DNA of 64,000 nucleotides from Eledone cirrhosa (Eukaryota). Positions within the stretch are counted from its first letter, which is position 1; each line of letters starts with the position of its first letter. The position numbers and the translations under genes were made by a program. Shown here in pieces: positions 44,064 to 60,240 of this stretch. A model generated the notes under the pieces. That model saw nothing but the letters and a program-made list of their open reading frames with translations, did no database searches and was not told the DNA's origin. The stretch covers positions 82,274,001 through 82,338,000 of the forward strand of contig OZ024747.1 of the NCBI GenBank assembly GCA_964016885.1. Direction: 5' to 3'.

Positions 44064-44760
44064 CTATATATATATGTATATATATAGATATATATGCGGA
44101 ATGCTACGTAGAAAATAAATCAAGTTCAATAACACAAATTCAAAAAAATCATGTATTTTCTCTATGTAATTTTTCATGGATATACATCGATGTTCCTAGT
44201 AAGAATGTGTTGAAGAATTATATATGCATTATATATTCGACTGTATATCAAATATTTTCTTTGAATAACAGTAGATGGGGAGGTTAGTGAGAGGCTATAA
44301 CTTCTATACACAACAATTTTGCCATGATTCTTATAGCCCTGAATCTTTCAAGACTAGCTATAAATTCAGTACTTGGTTAATGCTATCACCTTATGTCTAA
44401 ATTCTATACACTTGAAAAGGCTCTCGCTATAGAACTTATAATTAAATTCAGACGTGGGCTTCAATAATATTAGCACTAGGAATAAATATTTGGTAGACAT
44501 AATGATGTTATTTTTTTTTTTTTTTTTTCGTCTTTAGCTTTAGTAATATTCTCTATGAAGTAGGATAAAATCAAAAGTAAGAGCAATAATATAGCCATAT
44601 ATGTAAAAATAGCATAAATAGTGTACATACATACTAAACATTCATATTCATTTCCGGGAATTGAAACCATCTTTCTACTATAAATGTGTAAAAAGAATGT
44701 ATATACATATACATACATACATAGATGTAAATATATATATACACACATATATATATATAA

Positions 44761-44973
44761 GGCGTGTGGCTGAGTAGTTAGAGAATTGGATTCACAATCT
44801 TGAGATTGTGAGTTCGATTCCTGGACCAGGTGATGCGTTATGTCCTTGAGCAAGACACTTTATTTCACGTTGCTCCTTCTACCTGGAGTTGCGACCGATA
44901 GATAGTATTAGCAACTGGAAAGACCGACGAAAACATTGTTTCCTCGGTCCGATTTGACGAAAGTCGATCGATC
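44761..44973 (+). mobile_element. SINE B
   Basis: Near-identical to 431-648. Confidence 0.85.
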
Positions 44974-44991
44974 CTATATATATATATATAC

Positions 44992-45024
<33 letters not shown>

Positions 45025-45084
45025 CATGTATATCCATATATATATATACATATACAATACGTACATACACGCGCACACACGCAT

Positions 45085-45117
<33 letters not shown>

Positions 45118-45282
45118 CACACATATACAATACGTACATACTCACACACAGACACACATATATACATACATATACAATACATACATACTCACATAGACAC
45201 ACACACACGCACGTACAAATATATATATGTTTGTGTGTGCGTGTGTGTGTGTGTTTTTGTGGGTGTCTGTGTGTGTGTGTGA

Positions 45283-45321
<39 letters not shown>

Positions 45322-45589
45322 TCACAGAATTAATATTTCAGAGCTGTAGTATATAAACGTATGAAAATATTTTAGAGAAAGTTTATAATTTAATAACTGT
45401 CGACACGATCATGAAACAGAGTGTGTATCCTTCTTGGCACATAAACTGTTTGTGTTTTACTATCGGCTTAGTCATTTTAATACTTCTATATTTTACTATC
45501 GACATAATCGTTGTAATTTCTAATCGTAATAGATTTAAGAGAATTATACAACTTTAATAGTTATGTATATATATATATATATATATATA

Positions 45590-46713
<1,124 letters not shown>

Positions 46714-46791
46714 AGTTTATCCCGCGTTCAATCGAGGGTAACCACAGTAAGGTACTCAATACAAAACAGAGTATAAATATTGAATATAGAA

Positions 46792-46843
46792 AAGCTTCTA
46801 CAAGACTAGAACTGTTTCATTCGTGAGAAATCATCAGGAGCTT
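46792..46843 (-). ncRNA. Type I hammerhead, paralog of 3481-3527
   Basis: AAGCTC-CTGATGA-TTTCTCACGAAT-GAAA-CAG...TTG-TA-GAAGCTT; the sequence folds back immediately 5' of the core. Confidence 0.65.
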
Positions 46844-47639
46844 CCTGATGATTTCTCACATACATACATATATATATATATATACATATATCTTCATATA
46901 CATATGTACATATGCATATATATATAAATATATACATCTATATATGCATACGTATGAAACTTAGCATATCCATAGTCTAATGATTGAGACAAGTAAAAGA
47001 ATATACATATATACATATATACCTATATACATATATACATATATACATATATACATATATACATATATACATATACACATACACCTGTATGCAAGTATAT
47101 ATGGTATGTTACGGTCCCGTAACTCCTGATAGATGTGTAGGGGTGCCGAATACGGCGTTTTGGGGACATTTTAAGCCTGATGCAACCCATCTCTCTCCAG
47201 AGAGAGGAAGAATCGATCGCAGTACTAGACTGCTATTTTTTCTATCGACCTCTAAAGGATGAAAGGCACAGTTGACCTCGGTGGGGTTTGAACTCCGAGA
47301 GCAGAGAGACGGAACGAATATCATAAAACATTCTATCCGATGTTCTAACAAGTATATATACATATCCAGTTTCCTTTCATCCTTCGGGGGTTGTAAAAAT
47401 ATATACCAGTTATGTACTAATGTTGATATAATTGACTATCCCCTGCCTTCAAACTGATGGACTTGTGCCAATATATATTATCACATTATCAGCTAGCCCC
47501 TGTCAAATTCACCGGATTTTGAAAAGGACGGTCATAGCAGCATAAATAGAATCTATTGTACGACACACTTTATCACCTGCTGATGAAGGCTATGTATTAT
47601 GTGTGTATGTATGTATATTTGAAGGCTAAGATTTTCATT

Positions 47640-48068
47640 ACTTACAGCCTACCAGTTGTGTTATATTGTCAAGACTGTGTTAATTGGACGACAGGGTCAC
47701 TTCAAAAGCTCTCTACATTCCAGAACCACATCACGAGACATATGACTGGCAAGCGACTCAGCGACCGTATCTGTATCAGTAAGCTGCACAACATTACCAA
47801 ACTTAGACCAATTACATCAATTGTAAAGTCAAGAGTACTTAAACTATACGGCCATATAAAAATATCAACTCGTGGTGTGAGTAGGTTATGCCTGGGAGGA
47901 AGGTTGGCTGGTAAGAGAAGCAGAGTCCGGCAGCCAAAACGCTGGCTTGATAATGTCAACCTATGGACTGGTCTTGATCTTTGCTATCTAAACTCTCCTG
48001 TTGGTGATCGAACTTTGTGGAGAAAAATATCTCATGTTCATATGCAGTGTGCAACTGGCGGGGTTTAG
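47640..48068 (+). mobile_element. RTE-clade LINE ORF C-terminal fragment
   Basis: PVVLY...LSTFQNH...VLKLYGHI...GKRSRVRQPKRWLD...DRTLWR, typical of the RTE C-terminus. Confidence 0.75.
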
Positions 48069-48369
48069 AATCAAAGTGGTGTGTATGTATCTGTGTGTTT
48101 GTAGTTATGCAAATAGACTAGCATGCTTATATACATATACATGTGTTTATGTACAAATGTAAGTGCATGTATGCGTGCTTCTGTATGGGTTTCTTTCAGT
48201 GACAACGTACGTTTGTTGGGGGTAAATATTTGAGTGCAGAAGAATACATGAGCGTATGAGTGGCTTTGTCTGTGTATATGCAAGTATTTATGTATGCATG
48301 CATGTAGGTATGTATGTTAGTATATTTATATATGGATATATGTATTTATATATACAAACGCACACACCC

Positions 48370-48466
<97 letters not shown>

Positions 48467-48556
48467 GGTCTGTGCGTGTGTATATAAATAGATATCTCCA
48501 TCCATTCATACTTACATACAAACCAACATACAAACCGACATGCATACATAAATACT

Positions 48557-48605
<49 letters not shown>

Positions 48606-49347
48606 GGGGGGGGTTTGAATGAATGTATATATCTTTGTATATATGTGAAAATGAAGATGTATTTGAAATAAAAATATTTTGAAGTTAACCAATAAAACTA
48701 CAAAGAAATAGTCAAAGGATTTCAAAAGAAAGCCAGCCGTTACCTGGCACTATAACATGTATCTTTACTGCTGCTCTTTTTTGTGTGTTTGTAATTTTTA
48801 GTTTATATGTATATGTATTTATTTCTTTATTTTATTGATTGAAATCTATTGAATAGTAAAAATGTTCACATGAAACAGCTTAACTCAGAGTCAAACAGTT
48901 TTTACCATCGAATATCAATAGAGTTAGATATGTCAATTATCACCAACCCATACACCACCAGTCAACCAATCAATGACATCAGGTATTCATATCTACCTGC
49001 TTTCCTACATGACTATGTGTTAATGAGTGGGTACGGAGAAATATATGTAAATAAGTAAATAGAAAGGTCATATTCCTACATCTGAACGTAGATACATCTA
49101 AAACAAATGTAAAGTAATCACAGAATGTCTCAGTATGTAAAGAATACACACCGAAAAACAAAGCCAACAAAAAATAAAACACCCAGGGGATAACCCATAG
49201 AATGGCAGACTTGTAATTAATACACTCACTAAAACAAAGCCAAATTTCTATACTAGATCGAAGACACCATCCTACCTCAGTATATATATATATATATGTT
49301 GATGGATGTGAAATCCGAAATATAGGGACTATTAAATCGCTTCCAAG

Positions 49348-49388
49348 CATGAAGAAGCCGAAATAATTATCGACTGAAACCGGTATGA
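49348..49388 (+). ncRNA. Degenerate minimal hammerhead
   Basis: (C)ATGAAGA-AGCCGAaataattaTCGACT-GAAA-CCGG-TA; C3 lost, stem I poor. Confidence 0.4.
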
Positions 49389-49483
49389 GAAATTACTTTT
49401 AAAAAATGTTTTGCTGTTATTCTATTATTCTATGAGAAAATACTATTAGCATTTTCTACTTTTTTTCTTATTTTCCTAATTTA

Positions 49484-49557
<74 letters not shown>

Positions 49558-49665
49558 AATAATAATAAATGTGAAGACTAAAATCCAAAGAGGGCTCGAT
49601 AAGGATAAATATATATCAAATATATAAGCACCCTAGAGCAAATATTTATTAAAATAACAGATTAA

Positions 49666-49716
49666 AGTTTAAGCAAAGAATCGTTGCTTTCACTCTTAAC
49701 GGGATCTTCTGAAACT
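49666..49716 (-). ncRNA. U4A-family hammerhead-like motif
   Basis: AGTTT-CAGAAGA-TCCCGTTAAGAGT-GAAA-GCAA-cgattct-TTGC-TT-AAACT. Confidence 0.55.
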
Positions 49717-49762
49717 AAAAAAATCAATATATATACTCTCTCTTTCTCTCTCCCTCTCTCTT

Positions 49763-49806
<44 letters not shown>

Positions 49807-50486
49807 AGTGTGTATGTGTGTGTGTGTGTGTGCGTGCGTGTATGTCTACGCTTGTGAAACTGGGTATAGCTTTCATTATGTAAAATCTCCCTATTTTGCC
49901 TCACATCTCCTCATTTTGGGGCACTTTTTTTCATGGTACTCACCGTTGGGAGTTTTAGATGTTAGCAGGTCTGTATTGAGTTCTTTATCAGACCTTTTTT
50001 TTAATTTAGATTTAGTATATAAATATTATAAGATATATATATATGTAACAAACAGAAGAAACAGTAGAATTGTGAACCCAGCGTCCTACATACTTGCCTA
50101 TCGCCGTAGATTGTCACGAAGGGTTATAGAACCAAAGCTGTCTCGGAGTGGGAAACAAACCTCATAATCATACTTATCATGGCTATGGCCATTCAAACAC
50201 ACGTGTACGCATGGGTATATGTTATATCCAGATACACAGATAACACTTTATTATATTTACATAAGACTACAAGCTTTACGTATATTTATACGTATTAACA
50301 GCAGAATTGCTTCTTATCATTTAATCTATTTGACCTCTCGTACATGCATACAACCTCCAAACCCCACAGGCGATGTCGTGCATACGTATATGTATATAAA
50401 TATATATATATGTGTGTGTATGTGTGTGTGTGTATGTATATGAATGTATGTATATATATATATATATATATGTATATGTATATGTA

Positions 50487-50527
<41 letters not shown>

Positions 50528-51159
50528 CTATGTATCTATATATATCTATATATATGTATGTATATATATATGTGTGTGTGTATTATATATATATATATAA
50601 TATATATGTATGTATACATATATATATATATGCATGTTTGTATGTATATTATATATTATATATATATACATATATTATGTATATATATATATACAGACAA
50701 ATGTTGGTGTTGAAGAAACAAACACTAAATCGATAACATCATCCAACATCAACAAACGCCAAATGAAGTGCTTTTCAACATTTAAATCGACCAAACTATT
50801 TTCGACTTAATGTTTGTTAGTTCTATTAATAAGCTACTTTAGAAAACATCCAACAAACATTTGCTTCACTGGAACCTGAGATCGACACATTAGAAATACA
50901 CTGTGGTTGACCCAGCAATTTTTTGTTGGTTTTTATATATTATTTATTTAGATATTGTTTAGATAGTTTTTTAAATTTTATTTTAGTTTGAGTTTTTTTT
51001 TCCGTTATATTTCCTTAAAATATTCCTTTAAGGTTACTTAGTGAAATGGAGCGATAATTTTACAAACATATTCATATTTACACATGCATACGCACAAACA
51101 CACACACAAACACACATACACGCGCGCGCACACAAACACATAAACACACTGACAAAAAC

Positions 51160-51228
<69 letters not shown>

Positions 51229-51234
51229 ACGTAT

Positions 51235-51279
<45 letters not shown>

Positions 51280-51348
51280 CGCACAAACACACACACAAAC
51301 ACACATACACGCGCGCGCACACAAACACATAAACACACTGACAAAAAC

Positions 51349-51432
<84 letters not shown>

Positions 51433-52329
51433 CATACATATACATACGACCATTTATATAGATATATATGTATGTATATATTGATTTATGAAATAGATAC
51501 AAGATTTATATGTGAGATTTACCGGGGAATGACTTTAACGCTCTTTTCAAAGGCACAGAGCAAAATAAAATGGTGAAACTGATACTACTACTTTCTCTTT
51601 TAAATATGTCTTTCTCTTATCAGCTTCTCTCTCCCTTTTTCCCGTATATAAATATATGTATATGTACATTTATATGAGTACGTTCGATCGAAGACCACTA
51701 GAGGGTATGATAGAGAGCAATGAACTTATAGATATTGGTATGGTTGTAAAACCATTTGCAAGTTGTTAGTTGTATATTTCTATATAATTCTACGTCTTCA
51801 GTTGACCTATATATAGAATATGTACTAAATATTCTGGAAATACATCGCAGTTACGATAAACTGGCCTTCCATATATCCACGGGAAAATTTACATTACAGT
51901 CGTGTGGAATGGTGCCGAGTAAAATAAAGTGTTGCCCAAGGAGACAATGCAACACCTGGTCCGGGAATCGAACTCATTACTTCACGATCGGAGTCCAACA
52001 CCCTAAATACTAGACCGCGTCCCTTTACTGTTACTAAGTATTGTATCTAAATAACACTGGAAACCTCTCAGACAGAAAATCTGGTTTCAACTGAAACCAG
52101 ATTCGAAAAGTTAATTAGACTAAACAGTTGTTTTAATTGAATCTAATTAGACTAAACATTTGTAATTGAATAACTAGTTCTTCCTGTCATTCCTTTGAAT
52201 TCGATTCCAGTCTTGATTTCGATTATGTTTAAGACGTTAAGTATACCATTAATGAGGAGGTCATAGACTCAAAATATCATGAGCTTGAAAACGTTTGGAA
52301 ACCACCGTTTAATTGATCTTTGCCACATC

Positions 52330-52620
52330 GTTGATATTATAATTACCTTACGGACTCTAGCTGGCTGTCCATCGATGACGTTACGTCTCTATCAGATATA
52401 TCGATTATTCCTTTGATGTGTACGCAAGCCTTCAAATCCATAGCGAGTCGTTTAGGATCTTAGGCAAGGATTTCACAGGCAGTGAGGACATGTTTCAGTT
52501 GGTCATTCCAAAGTTCACTAGGGCCTTCAGATAATCTTTTAGTGACTCTTCTATACGGATTACACGTCCGGTCCAGCAGAGAATGTTTTATATGGGATAG
52601 CCAAACACTATACTGACTCT
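52330..52620 (-). mobile_element. Highly decayed RTE-like fragment
   Basis: LCWTGRVIRIE and WNDQLKHVLTACEI peptides resemble RTE C-terminal motifs. Confidence 0.35.
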
Positions 52621-53157
52621 ACCACCAGTGCTTTGACAATGTTCGAACTTGAATAACCTTCATTCTAAAGGTATTGCAAATAAATATCAATACTGACATG
52701 AAACATTAAATGGAACACTATCGACATAGTTACTGCTGCTGTTGCTGTTAATGTTTAAGTTTCATTGCTACAAAATGATGTTGGTTTCTGTTTGTTCTTA
52801 TTGTCAGTTGTTTTGTTATTGTAAAGATTAATGTTTGGTCGTGCATGCTGTTTTTATTAGATTTTTCTTTATAGTCTTACTACTGTTTCCATTGACGCTG
52901 CTGTTTGCTTTTCTGCTGTTGTTGCAATATATTTAGAAAGTCTGTACTTATTTTTCACTACTTTTTTCCTTATTTCTGTTTTTCTTTCTTTCTTTCTATT
53001 ATATTCATCTCTCATTCTTTAGTTTATTCTCTTTACTTCAGTTTGTTTATCTCTCCTATTGTCGAACCTACAAACATACACACAGACACGTCTCTCCATA
53101 TATATGTGTGTGTGTGTGTGTGCGTGTGTGTAATATATAATATGTATGCTATATAAT

Positions 53158-53236
<79 letters not shown>

Positions 53237-53272
53237 ATATATATATATATATTATATTAGACACACATACAT

Positions 53273-53307
<35 letters not shown>

Positions 53308-53334
53308 GATGTATATACATATATATGTATATAA

Positions 53335-53385
<51 letters not shown>

Positions 53386-53719
53386 CGCGTCTGTGTGTCT
53401 GTGTCTCTGTGCGCATGTGTGTACCCTTTTACCCTTGCATTTATCTTTACACATTTCCCATCCGTCAATTTCTCCATGTACCTATATACTTCTTTCTCCT
53501 TCCATATATAACATATATAAGCACCTCGATATCTCATATTTCAATTCAGTAATGTTGCAGACAATTAATAATAGAAAATATTGGTTTTTCTTTCTGCATA
53601 CATACACACGCACACACATACACGCACGCACACACACACACATATATATACATCACACACACACACACATATTTATACATCACACACACATATCACTCAC
53701 ACACATACACACTCACTCA

Positions 53720-53824
<105 letters not shown>

Positions 53825-53833
53825 TATACATAC

Positions 53834-53896
<63 letters not shown>

Positions 53897-53905
53897 AACA
53901 TATAC

Positions 53906-54002
<97 letters not shown>

Positions 54003-54522
54003 ATATATTCAATGTCCTGGTCTGTGTATATAAAAACAGGTTTCATAATTACACTGCACAACGTAAACGTTTGTTGAAAAGAGAGGGAAAAAAATGTTGT
54101 AATAAAGAAGCCATCAGCGAAACAAGAATACGCCATGTTGTTATTAATTCACAACGATCAAAATTACCGGCAGATCGTCGTGTATTGGCCGCTATTATTT
54201 CCTCAAGTTCTTTTACTAGTAAAACATAAAATAACACTTAATAAACGGATGTTATATACAACAAAGTAACAAAAGAGTGAGAGACAGAAGCGGGGGAAGT
54301 ATAAAAACAGAGGAAGACAACGGAATAAAGAAAGAAAAACAATCAAGTAAATTGGAAAAGAAAAGAAATCGTAGCAAAGACAAGAAAGATAATATAAGAA
54401 ATGATAACATTAGATATACAAAGGTAGGAAGCTGGAAAGAAACACTGAGAAAAAAATATTCGCAGAAAGAAAGATAGATATAAAGACAGACAAACAGACA
54501 GACAGATAAACAGACGGACAGG

Positions 54523-54586
<64 letters not shown>

Positions 54587-54666
54587 AGATAGTTAGATAG
54601 ATTCCTTTATTTATTTATTTACGTTTAATTATTTATTCATTATTTATTAGATATATAGATAGATAA

Positions 54667-54701
<35 letters not shown>

Positions 54702-54716
54702 AATAGATCGATAGAC

Positions 54717-54747
<31 letters not shown>

Positions 54748-54759
54748 TAGATAGATAGA

Positions 54760-56665
54760 TTTCTTTTATTTGCCACTAGGGCATCAAAAGTGGGACAAGT
54801 ACAAAGGGGGGAGTTTACACAAAAAGGCGTCCTCAATAAGGAGGAGGCAATAACAAAATATAAAAATAAAATAAGATATAACAAAAAATAAAATTTTTAA
54901 CAAAATCCTCAATAGAGAGGAGGCGCCTTGGGGGGTCGCACACACCCCCGAAAAAAGTGTGCAACCCTTCTCCTCAGGAGCACAGAGAAGGGGTGCTCCC
55001 TTGGTCTTTCATCTTCCTCACCTATAGTCTGATGTAGAGTGAAGGCCCATTCATACGGGCCATTCTCGCCACTTTCACCCATCTTTCATAGAAACGGCTG
55101 GGGTGCAGCACCTCTCTCTCCATCCTGATCCTTCTTCCGAAATGATATCGGAAGAAACGGACCAGTTGTTGGCCAGAGAGAAAGGTGCCCGACCTCAGTC
55201 CTTTCAGACGCGTCCACCATACAACCTCTTTCGCCATGGCTATTACGCACAGAAACACCGCTTCTGCTTCATCTTTGAAGGGGGGAGGCGGCTTGATCAT
55301 TACAATAGACTCGGTGGTCAACCGGATCGGTCCCACCCTTGACAGCAGTTGTTCGACATAGCCCCACAGATCGGCTACGCCCGAGCAGTGTACTAATGCG
55401 TGTGCAACGGTTTCCTCGTCGCACACGCATCTGGGACAGATCTTTTTGGCGGGGTCCCTACCCGGGCGCCCGTGTCTGTAGAGCCTTTCTCGAACGGGTA
55501 AAGCCCCTCGGTAGCACTGCCAGGCCAGGGACTTCTGGAAGTTGTCCATAGGTCCCGGGCTGAATGTCCTACCGAACAGGCTGGCCAGTTCGTCCTCCTC
55601 CATGTCTAGGGCTTCTCCGAGGGCGTCGTCGCACCTGCTGCGCACCAGCCCTCTATAGAATGTTGCGGTGGAGTCTCCACTGATAACCGGATCCGCCTGC
55701 CAGAGGGCGGTGAGCGCCTGGGCACACTCAGTGTGCCAGGCGCCCAGTTTTCTCGGTCTTTGCTTGACCCAGGATTGCAGCTCGGTGAGTGAGACGAGTC
55801 TGGGAAAGGTTCGTCTCACAAACGAGGCCCACACCGGTTGTCCGGTGAGGAATACGTAGAGGTGCCGTAGCCTTAATGCGTATTTACGCATCATTAGCCA
55901 CGGCATCCCCAGCCCTCCTTTCGAAGGGTGTTGACAGCAGATGGATCTCCTCACCATAGGAGCCCGCCTCTTCCAAAGGAATTGGAAGAGCGCGCGCTCC
56001 ATCTTGGTGAGGGTTTCCCTTGGGCAGGGCACTACGGTCAGGCGGTAGTAGATGACGGACGCTATGTAGGTGTTCGCCACCTCCGCCCGACCTTTCAGGG
56101 ATAGTTTGCAACTGGCCCACTTCTGGGTCAGTGCAAACACCCTGTTCGTAACCTCCGCCCAGTTTTTCTCCACCTGGAGGTCCGGTCCGAACCAGACCCC
56201 GAGCAACTTCACCGGGCCCTCCGTCCAGCGTCCGACGACGCTATCGGAGGGCATCGGTCTGCCCCTCCACGTGCCGAGTTGCAAACCGATCGACTTGTCC
56301 CGGTTCAGCTTAGCCCCTGTGAACTTTTCGTACTCCTCCAGTAAGGTGCCGACCGCCTCGATTTCGGAGGCCGTCGACACCATTACTGTCACGTCATCGG
56401 CGTAGGCCGACACCGCTTTCCGCAATCCCGGTTCCAAAGGGATGCCCTGCAACAACTCCAACTTCCGCAGTAGTGGCTCGAGAGTCAACACATACAGAAG
56501 GGAGGAGAGAGGGCACCCTTGTCGGATGGACCGCGCGATTTTGAACGGCTCCGAGAGGTAGCCGTTCACCTTGACCCTAGAGCAGATGCGGCTGCTGTGC
56601 ATAGCAGTGATCCAGCCCCTGAAAACGGGTCCGAAGCCTGCCGCCGCTAGCACCGCATCCAGGTA
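54760..56665 (-). mobile_element. 5'-truncated Tx1/L1-clade LINE, copy 1
   Basis: Open ORF2 remnant plus about 260-bp 3' UTR ending GGCAAATAAAAGAAA; (TCTA)n on both sides. Confidence 0.9.
55022..56653 (-). CDS. ORF2 C-terminal half: reverse transcriptase (partial) + zf-RVT
   Basis: GFGPVFRGWI, IRQGCPLS, YADD, GGLG, CPRC...ETVAHALVHC; uninterrupted 543 aa but no endonuclease or true start. Confidence 0.88.
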   Translation of the reverse strand: MLAAAGFGPVFRGWITAMHSSRICSRVKVNGYLSEPFKIARSIRQGCPLSSLLYVLTLEPLLRKLELLQGIPLEPGLRKAVSAYADDVTVMVSTASEIEAVGTLLEEYEKFTGAKLNRDKSIGLQLGTWRGRPMPSDSVVGRWTEGPVKLLGVWFGPDLQVEKNWAEVTNRVFALTQKWASCKLSLKGRAEVANTYIASVIYYRLTVVPCPRETLTKMERALFQFLWKRRAPMVRRSICCQHPSKGGLGMPWLMMRKYALRLRHLYVFLTGQPVWASFVRRTFPRLVSLTELQSWVKQRPRKLGAWHTECAQALTALWQADPVISGDSTATFYRGLVRSRCDDALGEALDMEEDELASLFGRTFSPGPMDNFQKSLAWQCYRGALPVRERLYRHGRPGRDPAKKICPRCVCDEETVAHALVHCSGVADLWGYVEQLLSRVGPIRLTTESIVMIKPPPPFKDEAEAVFLCVIAMAKEVVWWTRLKGLRSGTFLSGQQLVRFFRYHFGRRIRMEREVLHPSRFYERWVKVARMARMNGPSLYIRL

Positions 56666-56755
56666 AAGAGAGATAGATAGATAGATAAATAGATAGATGA
56701 CAGATAAATAGACAGATAGATAGATAGATAAGATAGATAGATATAGATAGATATG

Positions 56756-57744
56756 TTTCTTTTATTTGCCACCAGGGCATCAAAAGTGGGACAAGTACAA
56801 TAGGGGGAGTTTACAAAACAAGGCGTCCTCAATAAGGAGGAGGCAATAACAATATATAAAAATAAAATAAAATATAACAAAAAATAAAATTTATAACAAA
56901 GTCCTCAATAGAGAGGAGGCGCCTTGGGGGGTCGCACACACCCCCAAAAAAAGTGTGCAACCCTTCTCCTCAGGAGCACAGAGAAGGGGTGCTCCCTTGG
57001 TCTTTCATCTTCCTCACCAATAGTCTGATGTAGAGTGAAGGCCCATTCACACGGGCCATTCTCGCCACTTTCACCCATCTTTCATAGAAACGGCTGGGGT
57101 GCAGCACCTCTCTCTCCATCCTGATCCTTCTTCCGAAATGATATCGGAAGAAACGGACCAGTTGTTGGCCAGAGAGAAAGGTGTCTGACCTCAGTCCTTT
57201 CAGACGCGTCCACCATACAACCTCTTTCGCCATGGCTATTACGCACAGAAACACCGCCTCTCCTTCGTTTTTGAAGAGGGGAGGCGGCTTGATCGTTACA
57301 ATAGACTCGGTGGTCAACCGGATTGGTCCCACCCTTGACAGCAGTTGTTCGACATAACCCCACAGATCGGCAATGCCCGAGCAGTGTACCAATGCGTGTG
57401 CAACGGTTTCCTCGTCGCACACGCATCTGGGACAGATCTTTTTCGATGGGTCCCTACCCGGGCGCCCGTGTCTGTAGAGCCTTTCTCGAACGGGTAAAGC
57501 CCCTCGGTAGCACTGCCAGGCCAGGGACTTCTGGAAGTTGTCCATAGGTCCCGGGCTGAATGTCCTACCGAACAGGCTGGCCAGTTCGTCCTCCTCCATG
57601 TCTAGGGCTTCTCCGAGGGCGTCGTCGCACCTGCTAACCACCAGCCCTCTATAGAATGACGAGGTGGATTCTCCACTGACAGCCGGGTCCGCTTGCCAGA
57701 GAGCCGTGAGTGCCTGGGCACACTCGGTGTGCCAGGCGCCCAGT
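56756..57744 (-). mobile_element. 5'-truncated Tx1/L1-clade LINE, copy 2 (ORF to 56970)
   Basis: Highly similar to 54760-55748 with scattered substitutions; (GATA)n on both sides. Confidence 0.9.
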
Positions 57745-57792
57745 CGATAGATATAGATAGATAGACAGATAGATAGATAGAGAGATAGATAA

Positions 57793-57872
<80 letters not shown>

Positions 57873-57925
57873 CTAAATAGATAGATGACAGATAAATAGA
57901 CAGATAGATAGATAGAGAGATAGAG

Positions 57926-58007
<82 letters not shown>

Positions 58008-58193
58008 GGAGAGAGCAAGTGGGAGAGAAGAGCTTAAAGAGTTTTGTTTTTCCTTTTAGAATGGACAGAGTTTCAGGTAAAGGTAAGTCAATGAGGATAT
58101 ATTACAAGAACAGAAAGAAGATTGGAAGAATATATAATTGACGCAAAAAGAGCCATAACGGCTGAAAGATAGATCGAGAATGTAAAGAAGAGA

Positions 58194-58268
<75 letters not shown>

Positions 58269-58367
58269 AAGAGAGATAGATATAGATATATATAGATATA
58301 GATAAACATATACATATACATGTACATACACCACACACACACACTCACACATATATATATATATACA

Positions 58368-58427
<60 letters not shown>

Positions 58428-59119
58428 TATACACACATATATAATTTATACACATATACATATATACATATATGTATATATACATATATACATATAAATA
58501 CATATATATATACATTTATATATACATATATATATACATATATATACATATATATATACATATATATACATATACACACACACATATATACACACATACA
58601 TACATGCATACATACATACATACATATTCCTACACTCTATATACACAGATATAACTTCACATATATATGTGTGCGTGTTTGTATGTGTGTACATGCGTGA
58701 CTTAAATAAATAAATAAATTCATTAAATATGTATAAACAAAAACAAAAAAAAAGGCAAGAAAAAAAAACAAGGCAGAAATGGCAGGGGAGGGGTGGGGGT
58801 ATATTGGATAACATCTCAGTAGAACTACTCACCACTCCCCGTCACCATCTTGTCAACATAACATAAATTGTATGTCTGGGAGGGGGGGGGGGTTCTAATT
58901 GTTCGATATTCTCTTCTGAAATTGTGGGCGTAGTCAGCCATTTTGTTTGCTTTTGTTTACCTTTTATATATATTTGCCATATATATCTTCTTTCTTTCTT
59001 TCCTTCATTATACTTCTATATTTATTTATTTACCTTTGTGGGGTTTTTTTTAAGTTTACGTGACAGCTTGTCAGATAATGAAGAATTTGAAGCGTCAACA
59101 TAAAATCACACTGACATAC

Positions 59120-59395
59120 ATATATACAAATGCACAGACATACATATATACAAATGCACACACATATGTACAAATGCACACATACACATATATACAAATG
59201 CACACACACACACACATATATACAAATGCACACACACACACACATATACAAATGCACACACATACATATATAGAAATGCACACACACACACACACATATA
59301 CAAATGCGCACACACACATATATACAAATGCACACACACACATATATACAAATACACACACACATATATACAAATGCACACACACACACACATAC
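59120..59395. repeat. Microsatellite-derived minisatellite TATACAAATGCA(CA)n
   Basis: About 11 variable-length units. Confidence 0.85.
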
Positions 59396-59593
59396 TAAAG
59401 CACTCATGCATATTCAAACCTGCTAACATACGCATGTACACACAAACCTCTGTTTGTGTATGTATATATGTGTATATACATATATAACCACAAACAGCCT
59501 AGCGACATTATAGGTAGACATGTAAATGATTACGCGCAAGTGCACAAATGTAATATGTGTGTATGTGTGTGTGTGTGTATTGGTGTATGTATG

Positions 59594-59661
<68 letters not shown>

Positions 59662-60060
59662 ATGTATATATATTTCTATTCAGTGTCACAGCTCTCAGCT
59701 CACAAAAACAAGATGGTGTATGACAGAACAAAGGAGAGACACAAAATTACAAAGTTAGTCACTGAGGATGTCACAGAATGCGCGACGAATGAGCTTTGAC
59801 TATCTCAAACGAAACAACAGGTTCGACCCATCTACTCATAAGTGTGTGTCCTATATGTGGGTTTTATTTATAAGTCTATTTGCGTGAGTAACTTCCAACC
59901 TACTTCTTTTGTGTAATATTATTTATTAATTTATTTATTTCTTCATCTATTTCTTTATATTCTTTATTGATTTCAATAACCACATCTGTGCTAACGTCAC
60001 TGATATACTATTACTGCTACTATTATTATTCCCAATTGCTTTCTTGTTACCACTACCAAG

Positions 60061-60070
60061 ACTACTGCTG

Positions 60071-60121
<51 letters not shown>

Positions 60122-60122
60122 G

Positions 60123-60175
<53 letters not shown>

Positions 60176-60240
60176 CTGTTGCTGCTACTGCTGCTACTAC
60201 TACAACTACTACTACTATTACAACTACTGCTACTACTACT

